This document shows, in pieces, positions 1-9,820 of a stretch of DNA of 38,144 nucleotides. The notes beneath the pieces were generated by a model. It made no database searches, was not told the origin of the DNA, and worked only from the letters and a program-made list of their open reading frames with translations. The stretch lies in assembly GCA_946411215.1 (NCBI GenBank), contig CAMKDH010000001.1, positions 1-38,144 of the forward strand, given 5' to 3'. Position numbers and translations under genes: made by a program. Each line of letters begins with the position of its first letter. Within the stretch, counting starts at the first letter, position 1. Origin of the DNA: an uncultured Treponema sp. (GTDB lineage: Bacteria; Spirochaetota; Spirochaetia; Treponematales; Treponemataceae).

Positions 1-752
1 ATGTAATCGCGGTCTTCGGAATCAAAGCTTTCTACAATATTCTGATTCTGCAAAATCATCAGCGCTTTTATACTGTCGCGCAAACGTGCGGCCTTTTCAA
101 AATCAAGATTTGCGGAGGCAGCTTTCATTTCTGCTGTCATTTTTTCAATTGCGCTGTCTGCCTGACCTGACAATAAAGCGGTGATTTCTTCTATATAACT
201 ATTATATTCTTCTTTATCAATCTTTCCGCAGCAGGGTGCCTTACATTGTTTCATGTGATAGTAAAGGCATGGAGTTTCGCGCTTATGAAGTGTTCTGCAA
301 TGACGCACCGGATAAAGCCTGTAGATATTTTCAATAAAAGTGTCGAGTGCAGCAACGTTAGGGTAGGGACCAAAATACTGTGATCCATCCTGCAAAATGC
401 GTCGTGTTCTGAAAATCTTTGGGAAATCCTCTTTTGTAACCCGCAAAACAGGATACGATTTTCCGTCTTTAAGACAGATGTTATAGCGCGGACTGTGTTT
501 TTTAATAAGATTGTTTTCAAGCAGCAGGGCTTCGTATTCATTTGTTGTTGTAATATATTCAATTGAAGCCGCACGTGAAACTAAAAGCCTTGTTTTTACT
601 GTTCTCTGGCCCGAAAAATATGAAGTAAGCCTGTTTTTAAGATTTTTTGCTTTTCCTACATATATAATAGTCCCTTTTTCGTCGCGCCATAAATATACGC
701 CGCTAGATTGAGGAGCCTTTAATGCAGTTTCATGTAATATACTTCGTGCCAT
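1..752 (-). CDS. uvrC: Excinuclease ABC subunit C, N-terminal part (runs off the left edge)
   Basis: Manual translation of the minus strand from ATG 752: MARSILHETALKAPQSSGVYLWRDEKGTIIYVGKAKNLKNRL...EALLLENNLIKKHSPRYN..LKDGKSYP...YFGPY...CLYYHMKQCKAPC...LDFEKAARLRD. This gives the GIY-YIG, Cys-rich and UVR motifs of UvrC. Absent from the ORF track because it is truncated. Confidence 0.96.
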   Translation of the reverse strand, partial: MARSILHETALKAPQSSGVYLWRDEKGTIIYVGKAKNLKNRLTSYFSGQRTVKTRLLVSRAASIEYITTTNEYEALLLENNLIKKHSPRYNICLKDGKSYPVLRVTKEDFPKIFRTRRILQDGSQYFGPYPNVAALDTFIENIYRLYPVRHCRTLHKRETPCLYYHMKQCKAPCCGKIDKEEYNSYIEEITALLSGQADSAIEKMTAEMKAASANLDFEKAARLRDSIKALMILQNQNIVESFDSEDRDY

Positions 753-754
753 GC

Positions 755-783
755 TGTCATTGTCGGGCGTGACCCGACAATCT
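755..783. repeat. REP-like palindromic element, family A, copy 1
   Basis: TGTCATTGTCGGGCGTGACCCGACAATCT; 9-bp stem ATTGTCGGG/CCCGACAAT with a 5-nt loop; 27/29 identical to 26653-26681. Confidence 0.8.
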
Positions 784-790
784 CTGAAAA

Positions 791-799
791 ATTATATCA
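791..799 (-). promoter_or_regulatory. Extended -10 promoter element for uvrC
   Basis: Minus strand reads TGATATAAT (TGn + TATAAT) about 40 nt upstream of the uvrC ATG. Confidence 0.6.
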
Positions 800-840
800 T
801 ATTTTTTTTAATTATGCCGATAGTTTAAGCAGGTACCTAT

Positions 841-2373
841 ATGAAAAAAATATTTAAAAAGACAGCCTTCTTGGCTGTTGGTTTGCTTCTGGCGGTGGGA
901 AATTCCGTTGGTTTTGCTGAAGCTAAACAGATTGTTCTCGGTGGAAAGGGTGGCTGGCCTGATTTTCAGTATTCGGAAAATGTAACGACTGGAAAAGGCC
1001 GTTTTGGCTATGATTGTGTTGAACTTGCCACAAATTCCTTTGTTTTTGACGATTACACAGACCTTTTAATTGATTTTGAAAATCCTGTAAACCCGATTTC
1101 AGCTGGTTATTACGATATAGCCTCAAATAATCTTAAAATTTCAAGCGATTCGCTGCTCGAAAAGTCAGCAGGACTCAGTCGTAACATTGGCGGCTTGAGC
1201 GTAACCGGTAAACCTGGTACTTTTTTTGGTTCCGAAGGCCTTATGGGGTCTTTTTCTATTGAATTCTGGCTTTGTCCGTCGCTTGCAGAAAATGGAGAAG
1301 TTATTGTTAACTGGGAATCTTCCAAAAATGTACGAGGACGCCTTATTTATCAGCTTATAAACTGTCTTTTTGACGGTGGAAAGCTCAACTGGACTATTGC
1401 AAATCTCTTTGATTCGTATGCAGGGCCAAACGGAGACGGAGAAATCCATCTTAAAGGCTCAAGTACTATTATTCCAGACAGCTGGTCATATCATGCACTT
1501 TCTTATGATTGCGAAACTGGCATTCTTGAATATCTTGTAAACGGAATCACAGAAGATATTATCTATATAACATCAAACGGAAAAGAAGACGGACAGGTTT
1601 CTCTTATTGTAATGGGAACTCCTTCTGAACTTGAATTCTGTAATGAATATACCGGAAAAATTGATGAGATCCGCATTCTGCGCAGGCCTTATTCGCCTCC
1701 AGATTATCAGTCTGCAGAGGCCGCTGGTGCTCTTGGAAGAATGCTTTATCAGCCTGCGGGTGGACGATTCCAGACAAGACCAATCGTTGTTTCTACCGGT
1801 TCTGTTTTGAACAGTCTTACTGCAGAGATGAACGTGCCTGCACAAACAGAAGTAAGCTTCTTTGTTCGTTCAGGCGACAACTTCTTTAACTGGACAGATT
1901 CTTATCCTGAATGGAAGCCTGTAGAAAGCGGAAAGAAAATTGATGGTGTAAATGGAATGTACTTCCAGGTAGCCTGTGAGCTTTATCCTGATGGAAACGG
2001 TGCTGTTACACCATCAGTAACTCAGCTTACGCTTGATTTTACAGAACTGCCGCTGCCACTTCCTCCTTTTACTGTAAAGGCCGAAGCAGGAAATGGTTCT
2101 GTTACTTTAAAATGGAATTATTCTGTTGATGATACTGCCGGTGGATATTACATCTACTACGGAAACAGACCTGGTGAATATCTTGGACGGGTTGCTCTTG
2201 AAGGCCCTTCTCCTGTAAACGCAGGAAACACAACAAGCTATACACTCACAGGTTTAGAAAACGGAAAAATATATTATTTTGCAGTTGCATCCTGGTCTTC
2301 ACTTGATGACAGGATCACCGGACCGCTTTCAAGAGAAGTTTTTGCAAGGCCATTACAAAGGTTGGGGAAATAA
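841..2373 (+). CDS. Exported LamG/concanavalin-like domain protein with C-terminal fibronectin type III domain
   Basis: N-terminal signal peptide; FSIEFW..., WSYHALSYD and YTGKIDEIRI resemble LamG-like jellyroll motifs; AGNGSVTLKW..GYYIYYG..YTLTGLENGKIYYFAVAS is typical FN3. Confidence 0.75.
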   Translation: MKKIFKKTAFLAVGLLLAVGNSVGFAEAKQIVLGGKGGWPDFQYSENVTTGKGRFGYDCVELATNSFVFDDYTDLLIDFENPVNPISAGYYDIASNNLKISSDSLLEKSAGLSRNIGGLSVTGKPGTFFGSEGLMGSFSIEFWLCPSLAENGEVIVNWESSKNVRGRLIYQLINCLFDGGKLNWTIANLFDSYAGPNGDGEIHLKGSSTIIPDSWSYHALSYDCETGILEYLVNGITEDIIYITSNGKEDGQVSLIVMGTPSELEFCNEYTGKIDEIRILRRPYSPPDYQSAEAAGALGRMLYQPAGGRFQTRPIVVSTGSVLNSLTAEMNVPAQTEVSFFVRSGDNFFNWTDSYPEWKPVESGKKIDGVNGMYFQVACELYPDGNGAVTPSVTQLTLDFTELPLPLPPFTVKAEAGNGSVTLKWNYSVDDTAGGYYIYYGNRPGEYLGRVALEGPSPVNAGNTTSYTLTGLENGKIYYFAVASWSSLDDRITGPLSREVFARPLQRLGK

Positions 2374-2390
2374 TAATAGGGGGGAACTAA

Positions 2391-5243
2391 ATGGCAAAGA
2401 AGTTTGAGAACAAAGTAAATGAGAAAAATCTGATTTTGACACGTGCGCAGGGTGCAGTTATTTCGCGAGATTTTCCTACTGCTGCCAGATTGTACAAGCA
2501 GCTTTTAAAGGATGACCCTTCGAACGTTGATTATCTTAAGGAGCTTGGTTCCATTTATGTAAAAAATGGTGAAGATGCCAAAGCAATCCCTTATTACGAA
2601 CAGATTATTACTTTTTATCCTCATTATATTGATGCAATGACAAGCCTTGGTGCTATTTACCGTCGTCTTAAGCGCTACGAGGAATCTATTGAGATTCTTG
2701 AACGTGCAGTTGATGAAGGCCGCCAGAGTGCTGATGTTAACTATAACTTAGGATTTACTTATCGTGAAATGGGCAACTGGGATGATGCTATTGAAGCGTT
2801 CTCTTCTGTTGTAAATGAAAATCCTTCTGACGTTCTTGCATACAATCACCTTGGTGCAATTTATCTTGAAAAAAAGGATTATCAGAAATCAATTGCTTCG
2901 TTCAAACGCGGACTTCAGATTGACCCTAACCATCCAATTTTGAATTATAACCTTGCCCGATGTTTTTCTAAGGCAAAGATGTATACAGATTCCATCCGCT
3001 GCTTTCAGAATGCGCTTAAAGCAAAGCCGGGTTGGGTAGATGCAATTAAAGATTTTAGTAATGTTTTAGTAAAATGCCAAAAATCTCGTGAGGCTTCTGA
3101 ACTTGTAAAACATTCTATTGAACTTCATCCAAATGACACAAAGCTTCTTGGAATGCTCGGAAATATTTATCTTGATCAGTACGATTATGATTCTGCAGAA
3201 AAGACATTTAAGCGTGCGAAGAAGATTGATGATCAGGATATTCAGATTCTTACTGGACTTTCTGAAGCTTTGGAAAAAGGTGAAAAACCGGAAGAAGCTC
3301 TTGAGACAGTTTTGGATGCACTTGAAATTTCGCCTGATGATAAAGATTTACGAAAGCGATATGTTCAGACTCTTCTTTCTGCAAATCAGATTGATGCAGC
3401 CGGAACAAATGTAAAAGAGCTTTACGAAGAAGATAAAGAAGATCCTCAGGTTCTTGATTTGTATGGTCAGTATTTAATCTGTAAAGATGAAGACGAAAAG
3501 GCAGAAAGCTGCTTTAAGAAAATTAATACAGTTAACCGTAATTACAAGGATTATCTTTTATCTGCTGCCGGACGATTTAATCAGGTTGGAAAAATGGAAC
3601 AGGCAGAAACTATGGCAAAGGAATATGTTGCCCGCGATATGCGAAATCCTGCCGGTTACAATATGCTCGGAAAGATTTATACAAAGAACGGACTTTATGA
3701 GCAGGCAATTGAATCTTATGATAAGAGCCGCAATTTGCGCCAGCCAAACGTTCTTGCCGATAAGCAGATTGAATCAATCCGCGCTCAGATGAATCTTCCT
3801 CCTGCCCCAGAAGTTCCAGAAGACGAAACTGAAGTTGCTCCATTTGATGAGATTGTAGATGAAAATGCAGCTGTTGCCACTGATGTAGATACCGGGGCCG
3901 TTGATGCAGAAGCCGGGGCTCCTGAGCCTGTCGAAGGGGAAGAAGGTTTCGACTTCAACTCTATGGGCGACAATGTTCCAATGCAGGAAGCTCTTCAGGA
4001 AGAGGAAGAAGAATTCTTTGACGATGAAGAAGAACCTGTAAATACAGACGAACTCAAAAATGATGAAGAAGTTTCTCCATTTGATCAGGGTGATGATGGA
4101 AAACTTTCAGATAAAGAAAAGCTTGTTGGTTCAGGCGACGGAGATGGAGGCGGAGATGGAGACGGAACTGGAACTGGATCTGGTGGTGGTTCCGGCGGAT
4201 CCGGATCGGGTTCAGGCTCTGGCGACGGAAGTCTTGATGACGAAGAAATTGATACTTCTGCAGGCTTTGGAATGCCTAAGTTTACAGGCGATGGCGAACC
4301 TGAACCAGAGATGTCTGTAAGCGATATGCTCGACAATGTAGACAGCGACAGCTTTGATTTTGATCAGTTTGATGAAACAACAACTACAGGCGAAGAAGAA
4401 CCTGAACCTGAGTTTGATGTAAATAAATTGCCAGATCCATTCCCTACACAGGCTCCGGAGCCTGCACCAGCACAAGCTCCTGCTCAAATGCCAGCGCGTC
4501 CTGTAGGAACTCCTCCTTCGTATGCAACTGCAATGATGGACACTGCTTCTATGGCAATGGATACTGTTCAGCGCGCAAACGAACTTGCACAGCATAATGC
4601 ACATGCTCAGGATCAGATTATCCAGAAGCAGGATGAACAGATTCAGCAGATGGAACAGCAGTATGCCGAAGAAATGCAGCAGATGGAAGAACAGCATGCG
4701 GGCGAAATGAATGAAATGCGCCGCAAGATGGAAGAACTCCAGGAAGAAAATGCACGCCTTTCTTCAGAAGAGGGTAGAAATACTGCAAAGAGCCTCATGA
4801 GTACTGCAGAAGAACTTCTTCCTACAATTGAAAAGATTCTTTCCGACGATGATACCGCTCTTGAGAATGCAGAAGAAATTGAACTTTTCAAGAAGCTGCT
4901 TGAACTTTGTGAATATCTGCCAGAAGAAGAAAAGGCTCAGTTTATGGCAAGTCCTGTTCGTATGCAGATGGAATATCTTATTTCAAAGATGTCTGGTACT
5001 CCGGGACTTTTGAAAACTGCACAGTCGCTTAAGAAGGCAGGCGTTCTTGGTGAAGAAGAAACAACCTTTGATCCTTCAAAGCCATTCTCTGTTACAAACC
5101 ATGAATTGCGAAAGGTATTCAAATATATGAAAGAGCTTTCTGACGGTCTTGATGATGAGTATCTTGCAGACGCTATGTGCAACCGCATAGACAACGTCCT
5201 CGAAAGAATCGAGCTCGCAGAAAACAGTATTCAGATATTCTAA
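2391..5243 (+). CDS. Tetratricopeptide repeat protein with acidic/Gly-rich linker and C-terminal helical region
   Basis: About 470 aa of TPR-like repeats (e.g. AYNHLGAIYLEKKDYQKSIASFKRGLQIDPN); SD GGGGGA upstream; low-complexity central segment. Confidence 0.85.
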   Translation: MAKKFENKVNEKNLILTRAQGAVISRDFPTAARLYKQLLKDDPSNVDYLKELGSIYVKNGEDAKAIPYYEQIITFYPHYIDAMTSLGAIYRRLKRYEESIEILERAVDEGRQSADVNYNLGFTYREMGNWDDAIEAFSSVVNENPSDVLAYNHLGAIYLEKKDYQKSIASFKRGLQIDPNHPILNYNLARCFSKAKMYTDSIRCFQNALKAKPGWVDAIKDFSNVLVKCQKSREASELVKHSIELHPNDTKLLGMLGNIYLDQYDYDSAEKTFKRAKKIDDQDIQILTGLSEALEKGEKPEEALETVLDALEISPDDKDLRKRYVQTLLSANQIDAAGTNVKELYEEDKEDPQVLDLYGQYLICKDEDEKAESCFKKINTVNRNYKDYLLSAAGRFNQVGKMEQAETMAKEYVARDMRNPAGYNMLGKIYTKNGLYEQAIESYDKSRNLRQPNVLADKQIESIRAQMNLPPAPEVPEDETEVAPFDEIVDENAAVATDVDTGAVDAEAGAPEPVEGEEGFDFNSMGDNVPMQEALQEEEEEFFDDEEEPVNTDELKNDEEVSPFDQGDDGKLSDKEKLVGSGDGDGGGDGDGTGTGSGGGSGGSGSGSGSGDGSLDDEEIDTSAGFGMPKFTGDGEPEPEMSVSDMLDNVDSDSFDFDQFDETTTTGEEEPEPEFDVNKLPDPFPTQAPEPAPAQAPAQMPARPVGTPPSYATAMMDTASMAMDTVQRANELAQHNAHAQDQIIQKQDEQIQQMEQQYAEEMQQMEEQHAGEMNEMRRKMEELQEENARLSSEEGRNTAKSLMSTAEELLPTIEKILSDDDTALENAEEIELFKKLLELCEYLPEEEKAQFMASPVRMQMEYLISKMSGTPGLLKTAQSLKKAGVLGEEETTFDPSKPFSVTNHELRKVFKYMKELSDGLDDEYLADAMCNRIDNVLERIELAENSIQIF
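3921..3938 (+). repeat. REP-like element family B, intragenic copy (encodes PEPVEG)
   Basis: CCTGAGCCTGTCGAAGGG matches the copies at 21726, 23074 and 31703. Confidence 0.6.
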
Positions 5244-6388
5244 AGCTTTATTATCCGTGAATGTGTCAAAACTTCATTACCATCTTTAGTAATTAGAACA
5301 TCATTTTCCAGACGGCAGCCGCCAATTGTTTCATCGTACAGGCCTGGTTCAAGTGTAAGAATCATGCCTGGAGTAAACTGTAAATCAGCCGGCATTCGTG
5401 TACTTACTCTTGGATATTCATGAATCTCTAAGCCAATTCCGTGACCAAGAGTGTGCGGCATTTTTCTTTTTGCTTTTGAGAAAACTGCATCTGCACGTTT
5501 TGATGCTTCGTGAATTGTGTGTCCTGGTTTGTAAAGTTTAAGGCATTCATCGTATGCTTTTTGAACAAGTTCAAGCTGCTTTTTCTGTTCTGGAGTAAGA
5601 CGTCCTTTTGCAACTGTAATTGTCATGTCGCTTGTGTAGCCTTTGTATACAACGCCAAAATCAAGAATGCTAAGACCTTTTGCAGGCCATGGTGCATTTG
5701 TGTAATTTGGAAAAGCGTGAATTGCAAAACTTCGTTCAGGACCTGCTGCAAGTGTGTCAAAACCTGTTCGTTCGCAACCCTGTTCACGACATTCGCGTTC
5801 AATAAAAAGCGCAACATCAGCTTCTGTTTTAATTGAACCGTCTTTTATTTTTTCTTCGATTTTGTCTACTATTAAATCACCGATTCGTGCAGCTTCACGA
5901 AGGCATTCAATTTCGTATTCATCTTTTGTTATGCGGCAGGCAACTGTAAAGGTGTGAACGCCTTCTTCCTTGCAGCGGCAGTCATAATTATTAAGCTCAT
6001 CAATAAAATGAAGATACTGAGGATATGTAAGATACGGTGGAAGCTCAACCTTGCTGTTTACTCCATGTGTGTAGCCAACGTTGAGGATTGCTTTTACCGC
6101 ATCAATATCTTTATTTTTGTAGCGTGTGTATGGAACAAGCTTATCGCAGTAAGCATTCTTTTTTGCAAGGATTTCATCCCAGGCAATGAGGTATGTGTAG
6201 CCGTCGCTAAAGATGATTACAATTGCGTCGCTGTTGTGTCCTGTTAAATAAGGAATTGCAGGATCGCGGTGTTCTTCGCTGTCAATGTAAACAGCAGCTC
6301 CAATGTTGTTATCAGTAAGATAAGCCGCAATTCTAGCGCGCCGAATCCTGTATATTTCTTTCATCTGTTCGTTTGTGTAGTTTTTCAT
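5240..6388 (-). CDS. Xaa-Pro aminopeptidase/dipeptidase (M24 family)
   Basis: Metal-binding motifs LDFG..YKGYTSDMT, HTLGHGIGLEIHE, EPGLY and GCRLENDVLIT. Confidence 0.93.
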   Translation of the reverse strand: MKNYTNEQMKEIYRIRRARIAAYLTDNNIGAAVYIDSEEHRDPAIPYLTGHNSDAIVIIFSDGYTYLIAWDEILAKKNAYCDKLVPYTRYKNKDIDAVKAILNVGYTHGVNSKVELPPYLTYPQYLHFIDELNNYDCRCKEEGVHTFTVACRITKDEYEIECLREAARIGDLIVDKIEEKIKDGSIKTEADVALFIERECREQGCERTGFDTLAAGPERSFAIHAFPNYTNAPWPAKGLSILDFGVVYKGYTSDMTITVAKGRLTPEQKKQLELVQKAYDECLKLYKPGHTIHEASKRADAVFSKAKRKMPHTLGHGIGLEIHEYPRVSTRMPADLQFTPGMILTLEPGLYDETIGGCRLENDVLITKDGNEVLTHSRIIKL

Positions 6389-8031
6389 TTTTTCCTCTTA
6401 ATAATACTCATCGCAATTTCATCCTTTGTTATCACCAGCTCAAGCACGCCAATGACAGCAAAAGCAATTGCAAGTATGCCTGCTGGAACTCCGGCACTTA
6501 TAAGTCTTCCGTGACCTTCAAAGGCCTGCAGCAAAACTGGACGCAGGAACCAGCATGGAACTGCTGCAATTACAGACATCACAGAGATTTTTATTGTATA
6601 TAAAATTGTGCTTTTTACAACTGCACCTGTTTGAATTGTGCCAAGCTTTTTCATAAATATAAAAAGGAAGATTGTATTTATAAGGCTTGCAATACTAAGC
6701 GCACAGGCAATTCCATTTCCGCCAAAAGGCTTAACAAGAATAAGTACAAGCAGGATGTTTGAAGCAAAGCTTATGATTCCCGCTGTTGTAGGAAGCTTTG
6801 TATTTTTCTGGGCATAGAACGATGGACTCAAAATTCTGTTGAGCGCAATAAATGTAAGTCCCGCAATATGGAATCGGAATTCTCCAAGCGTGAGTCTTAC
6901 CGATTCTTCATCAAACATTTTATTTTTGTAAATGAGTGTAATGAGTTCGCGGCCGCTAACTAAAGAGTAAGCTGTAACAGGAATCGAAATTACAATCATG
7001 ATTTTTACTGCCTGTAAAAGCATTTTATTAAACTCATCCCACTTCTGTTTGTTTGCAAGTCCACTCATGTCTGGCAAAATTACAGTTCCAATTGAAACTG
7101 CAAAAATTCCAAGAATAAGCTCCTGCAGTCTCAAACTGAACTGAAGACTCGAAGCAATCCCTTCTCCCGCGCGTGTTGCCATAGAAGTAGAAACAAGATC
7201 ATTAAGCTGGTAGGCTGCCATTCCAATAATTGTAGGAACTATAAGCGCAATAACTTTTCTTGTTCCAGGGTTTGTAAAAGTTTTTCGCAGGGAAGTAAGT
7301 CTGATTTTCCATCCAGTTTGTTTTATAAACGGCCACTGGAACAAAGCCTGTACTGTACCGCCCGCAATAACTCCAATAGACATTGCTCTTGCAGGGTTTT
7401 CTGTATGTGGTGCAAGAATGTATGTTACCAAAACTACAATGCCGTTGAACAAAACCGGAGTAAATCCCGAAGGTGCAAAAATCTTACAGCCGTTTAATAC
7501 TCCCTGAAAAAATGCTGCTATAGAAATCAGGAAAAGATACGGGAACATTATGCGAGTTAAATATGTAATTTCCTGTTTCTGTGCAAGCCAGTACTGAACC
7601 TGTTCTGCATAATTTACTGCAGTTGAGTCAGCGGGCTTCTTACAAAAAATCGGCATGAGAAGGGGAGTAATAATAATTCCCACAACAACAACGCATGCAG
7701 TTAAAAAAGAAACAAGAGTTAATGTAGACGCAATAAAGTCTTGAGTTGATTTTTTGCTTTCGTCATCATTTCCTTTTTCCAGGTAAGATTTAAAGGTAGG
7801 AATGAAGGCTACCGAAATTGCATTTTCTGCAAAAAGCTTTCGTAAAAGATTTGGGATTAAAAAGGCAACGGAAAAACAGTCAGAATAAAATCCTGTTCCC
7901 AAAAAAGAAGCCTTTGTCATTTCGCGGATTAATCCCATAATGCGGGAAGCGAAAGTCATGAGCGAAAGAACGAGTCCTGAACGAACAATAGACTTCTTCT
8001 TTTCGCCTGATTGTGTTTCATTTTTTTCCAT
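6385..8031 (-). CDS. murJ: Lipid II flippase MurJ (MviN)
   Basis: SRIMGLIRE, AFLIPNLLRKLFAENA and the multi-TM pattern typical of MviN. Confidence 0.94.
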   Translation of the reverse strand: MEKNETQSGEKKKSIVRSGLVLSLMTFASRIMGLIREMTKASFLGTGFYSDCFSVAFLIPNLLRKLFAENAISVAFIPTFKSYLEKGNDDESKKSTQDFIASTLTLVSFLTACVVVVGIIITPLLMPIFCKKPADSTAVNYAEQVQYWLAQKQEITYLTRIMFPYLFLISIAAFFQGVLNGCKIFAPSGFTPVLFNGIVVLVTYILAPHTENPARAMSIGVIAGGTVQALFQWPFIKQTGWKIRLTSLRKTFTNPGTRKVIALIVPTIIGMAAYQLNDLVSTSMATRAGEGIASSLQFSLRLQELILGIFAVSIGTVILPDMSGLANKQKWDEFNKMLLQAVKIMIVISIPVTAYSLVSGRELITLIYKNKMFDEESVRLTLGEFRFHIAGLTFIALNRILSPSFYAQKNTKLPTTAGIISFASNILLVLILVKPFGGNGIACALSIASLINTIFLFIFMKKLGTIQTGAVVKSTILYTIKISVMSVIAAVPCWFLRPVLLQAFEGHGRLISAGVPAGILAIAFAVIGVLELVITKDEIAMSIIKRKK

Positions 8032-8037
8032 GAATTA

Positions 8038-8066
8038 AGAATAATAAGATTGCGAAATTTGTTCAA
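8038..8066 (-). promoter_or_regulatory. Sigma70-type promoter, apparently leaderless murJ
   Basis: Minus strand TTGAAC-17 nt-TATTCT-6 nt-ATG(8031); no SD. Confidence 0.6.
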
Positions 8067-8122
8067 TTGATTTACAATAATTATAGGGTAAATTCCCTAA
8101 TAGAGTGTTCGGAGGAGCCTCA

Positions 8123-9820
8123 ATGTCCGAAAAAAAAGGTCTTTTCTCTAAGGTCGGTAAGACAAGAATTGTCCCGATTGGGTTAAAAATTCTCATTATC
8201 TTTATTACAATTATCCTGCTTTCTAACTTTGCCACAAACTTTTTGTCAGTTCAACTTTCAAAACGGCAGATAATCAATCTTAACAACACAATCATGGTTG
8301 AGCAGCTTAAAGAGCTTTATACAAATGCTACAAACCAGTTCCAGATTTACAATTATTCTGACGACAAGGAAGGTTCACAGGAAGCTTTGGAAAAAGTTGC
8401 TAAATCAGGATTTTCTAACAAGAATAGTGTTGCCCTTGGAGTAATGCCTGACGGTTCAATTATTTTTGTTGCACGCAATAATATTTTTACAGACTGGAGT
8501 TTTTTTACAGACGAAGAAAAACTCAACAAACTCAACGAAGATTACAAAAATGATATAAAGGAAGGTTCTATAACTTTCAATCACAAAGACGGAGAATATT
8601 TCGGCGTTTATAAATTTCAGACTGACTGGGGCTACTATCTTATCCGTGCTGAAAAACGTTCAGACCTTGATGCTAATACACGAAGCGTTCTTCTTTATAC
8701 ACTTTTAATTATTGTCATTTTGACAATTGCGTTTGTAATTATTGGATGGCTCATTCTGCGACACGAGTTCCGTCCTGTTACAATGATTACAAAAGATTTG
8801 TACGAAATGCAGCAGCACAAACAGCTTGAACTCATTGATTTGTCTCATGCTAAAAACGATGATATTACATATCTTGCTGCATCCTTCAACTCGCTTTCAT
8901 CTTCTGTAAATAACCTTCTTGGAACCTTCCAGAAATTCGTTCCAAAGGACGTTGTTGCAAAAGCATATAACGATCAGGGTATTGGTCTTGAAGGAAGTCA
9001 GCGTGAACTTGCAATGCTGTTCTCTGATATTAAGAGCTTTACATATCGTACAGAAACTTTGGGTAACGATATCATTGACGTTTTGAACGTTCACTACAAT
9101 CGTGTAATTCACAACGTTCACGAAAATCATGGTGTAGTTGGTTCTATTATTGGTGATGCAATTCTTGCAGTTTACGGAACTCTGGAATCAAATAGAAGTA
9201 AATCTTACAATGCAATTCTTGCAGCATGGGATATCACTCATGCAACAGCTGCTTTGCGCGAAACTATGAAGCTCCGTCGTGTTGAAATTGAAAAGAAACG
9301 AAAGCTTACAGAATCAGAAGAAAAAATCTTTATTGCAGTTTCGCTTGATGTTGGTGTTGGTATTGATGGAGGAAACGTATTCTACGGAAACATCGGTTCT
9401 AATGAACATATGGCAAACACTGTAATTGGTGATAACGTAAACTCTGCTTCACGACTTGAAGGTCTTACTCGAATCTATCACCTGCCTGTAATTGTTTCTG
9501 AATACATTAAAGACGAAGTACTTGCCGAAACAGCCCGCTTTAAGTTCTACGAAATTGATACTGTTCAGGTTAAAGGAAAAACTCAGGGAAAGAAAATCTA
9601 CTTCCCGTTTGATACAAATGAAATGGATTCTACGCTTCTTGCAAAATATGATTTGTTCGAAGAAGGTCTTCAGGCTTACTACAGCGGAGACTGGAAAACT
9701 GCACGCAAGAACTTTAAGAATTCAGAATTGCCGGAACTCACCGAAGTTTTCATGGAACGCATGGGTAACAAGAGCGCACCGGAAGGATGGAATGGAATAT
9801 GGGCAATGACAACAAAATAA
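8123..9820 (+). CDS. Membrane-bound class III (adenylate/guanylate) nucleotide cyclase with periplasmic sensor and HAMP-like linker
   Basis: Two TM segments; LFSDIKSFT, IGDAILAV, GVGIDGG and TVIGDNVNSASRLEGL motifs. ATG 8123 preferred over 8105 because of the SD GGAGGAG at 8111-8117. Confidence 0.9.
   Translation: MSEKKGLFSKVGKTRIVPIGLKILIIFITIILLSNFATNFLSVQLSKRQIINLNNTIMVEQLKELYTNATNQFQIYNYSDDKEGSQEALEKVAKSGFSNKNSVALGVMPDGSIIFVARNNIFTDWSFFTDEEKLNKLNEDYKNDIKEGSITFNHKDGEYFGVYKFQTDWGYYLIRAEKRSDLDANTRSVLLYTLLIIVILTIAFVIIGWLILRHEFRPVTMITKDLYEMQQHKQLELIDLSHAKNDDITYLAASFNSLSSSVNNLLGTFQKFVPKDVVAKAYNDQGIGLEGSQRELAMLFSDIKSFTYRTETLGNDIIDVLNVHYNRVIHNVHENHGVVGSIIGDAILAVYGTLESNRSKSYNAILAAWDITHATAALRETMKLRRVEIEKKRKLTESEEKIFIAVSLDVGVGIDGGNVFYGNIGSNEHMANTVIGDNVNSASRLEGLTRIYHLPVIVSEYIKDEVLAETARFKFYEIDTVQVKGKTQGKKIYFPFDTNEMDSTLLAKYDLFEEGLQAYYSGDWKTARKNFKNSELPELTEVFMERMGNKSAPEGWNGIWAMTTK

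Noticed and set aside
251-711. ORF-track entries 251..574 (-) and 511..711 (+)
   Set aside because: Alternative-frame or antisense shadows of uvrC, which occupies 1-752 in another frame.
4085-4697. Pro/Ser-rich and hydrophobic antisense ORFs (4085..4336, 4212..4697)
   Set aside because: Mirror images of the low-complexity linker of the TPR gene; no independent start signals.
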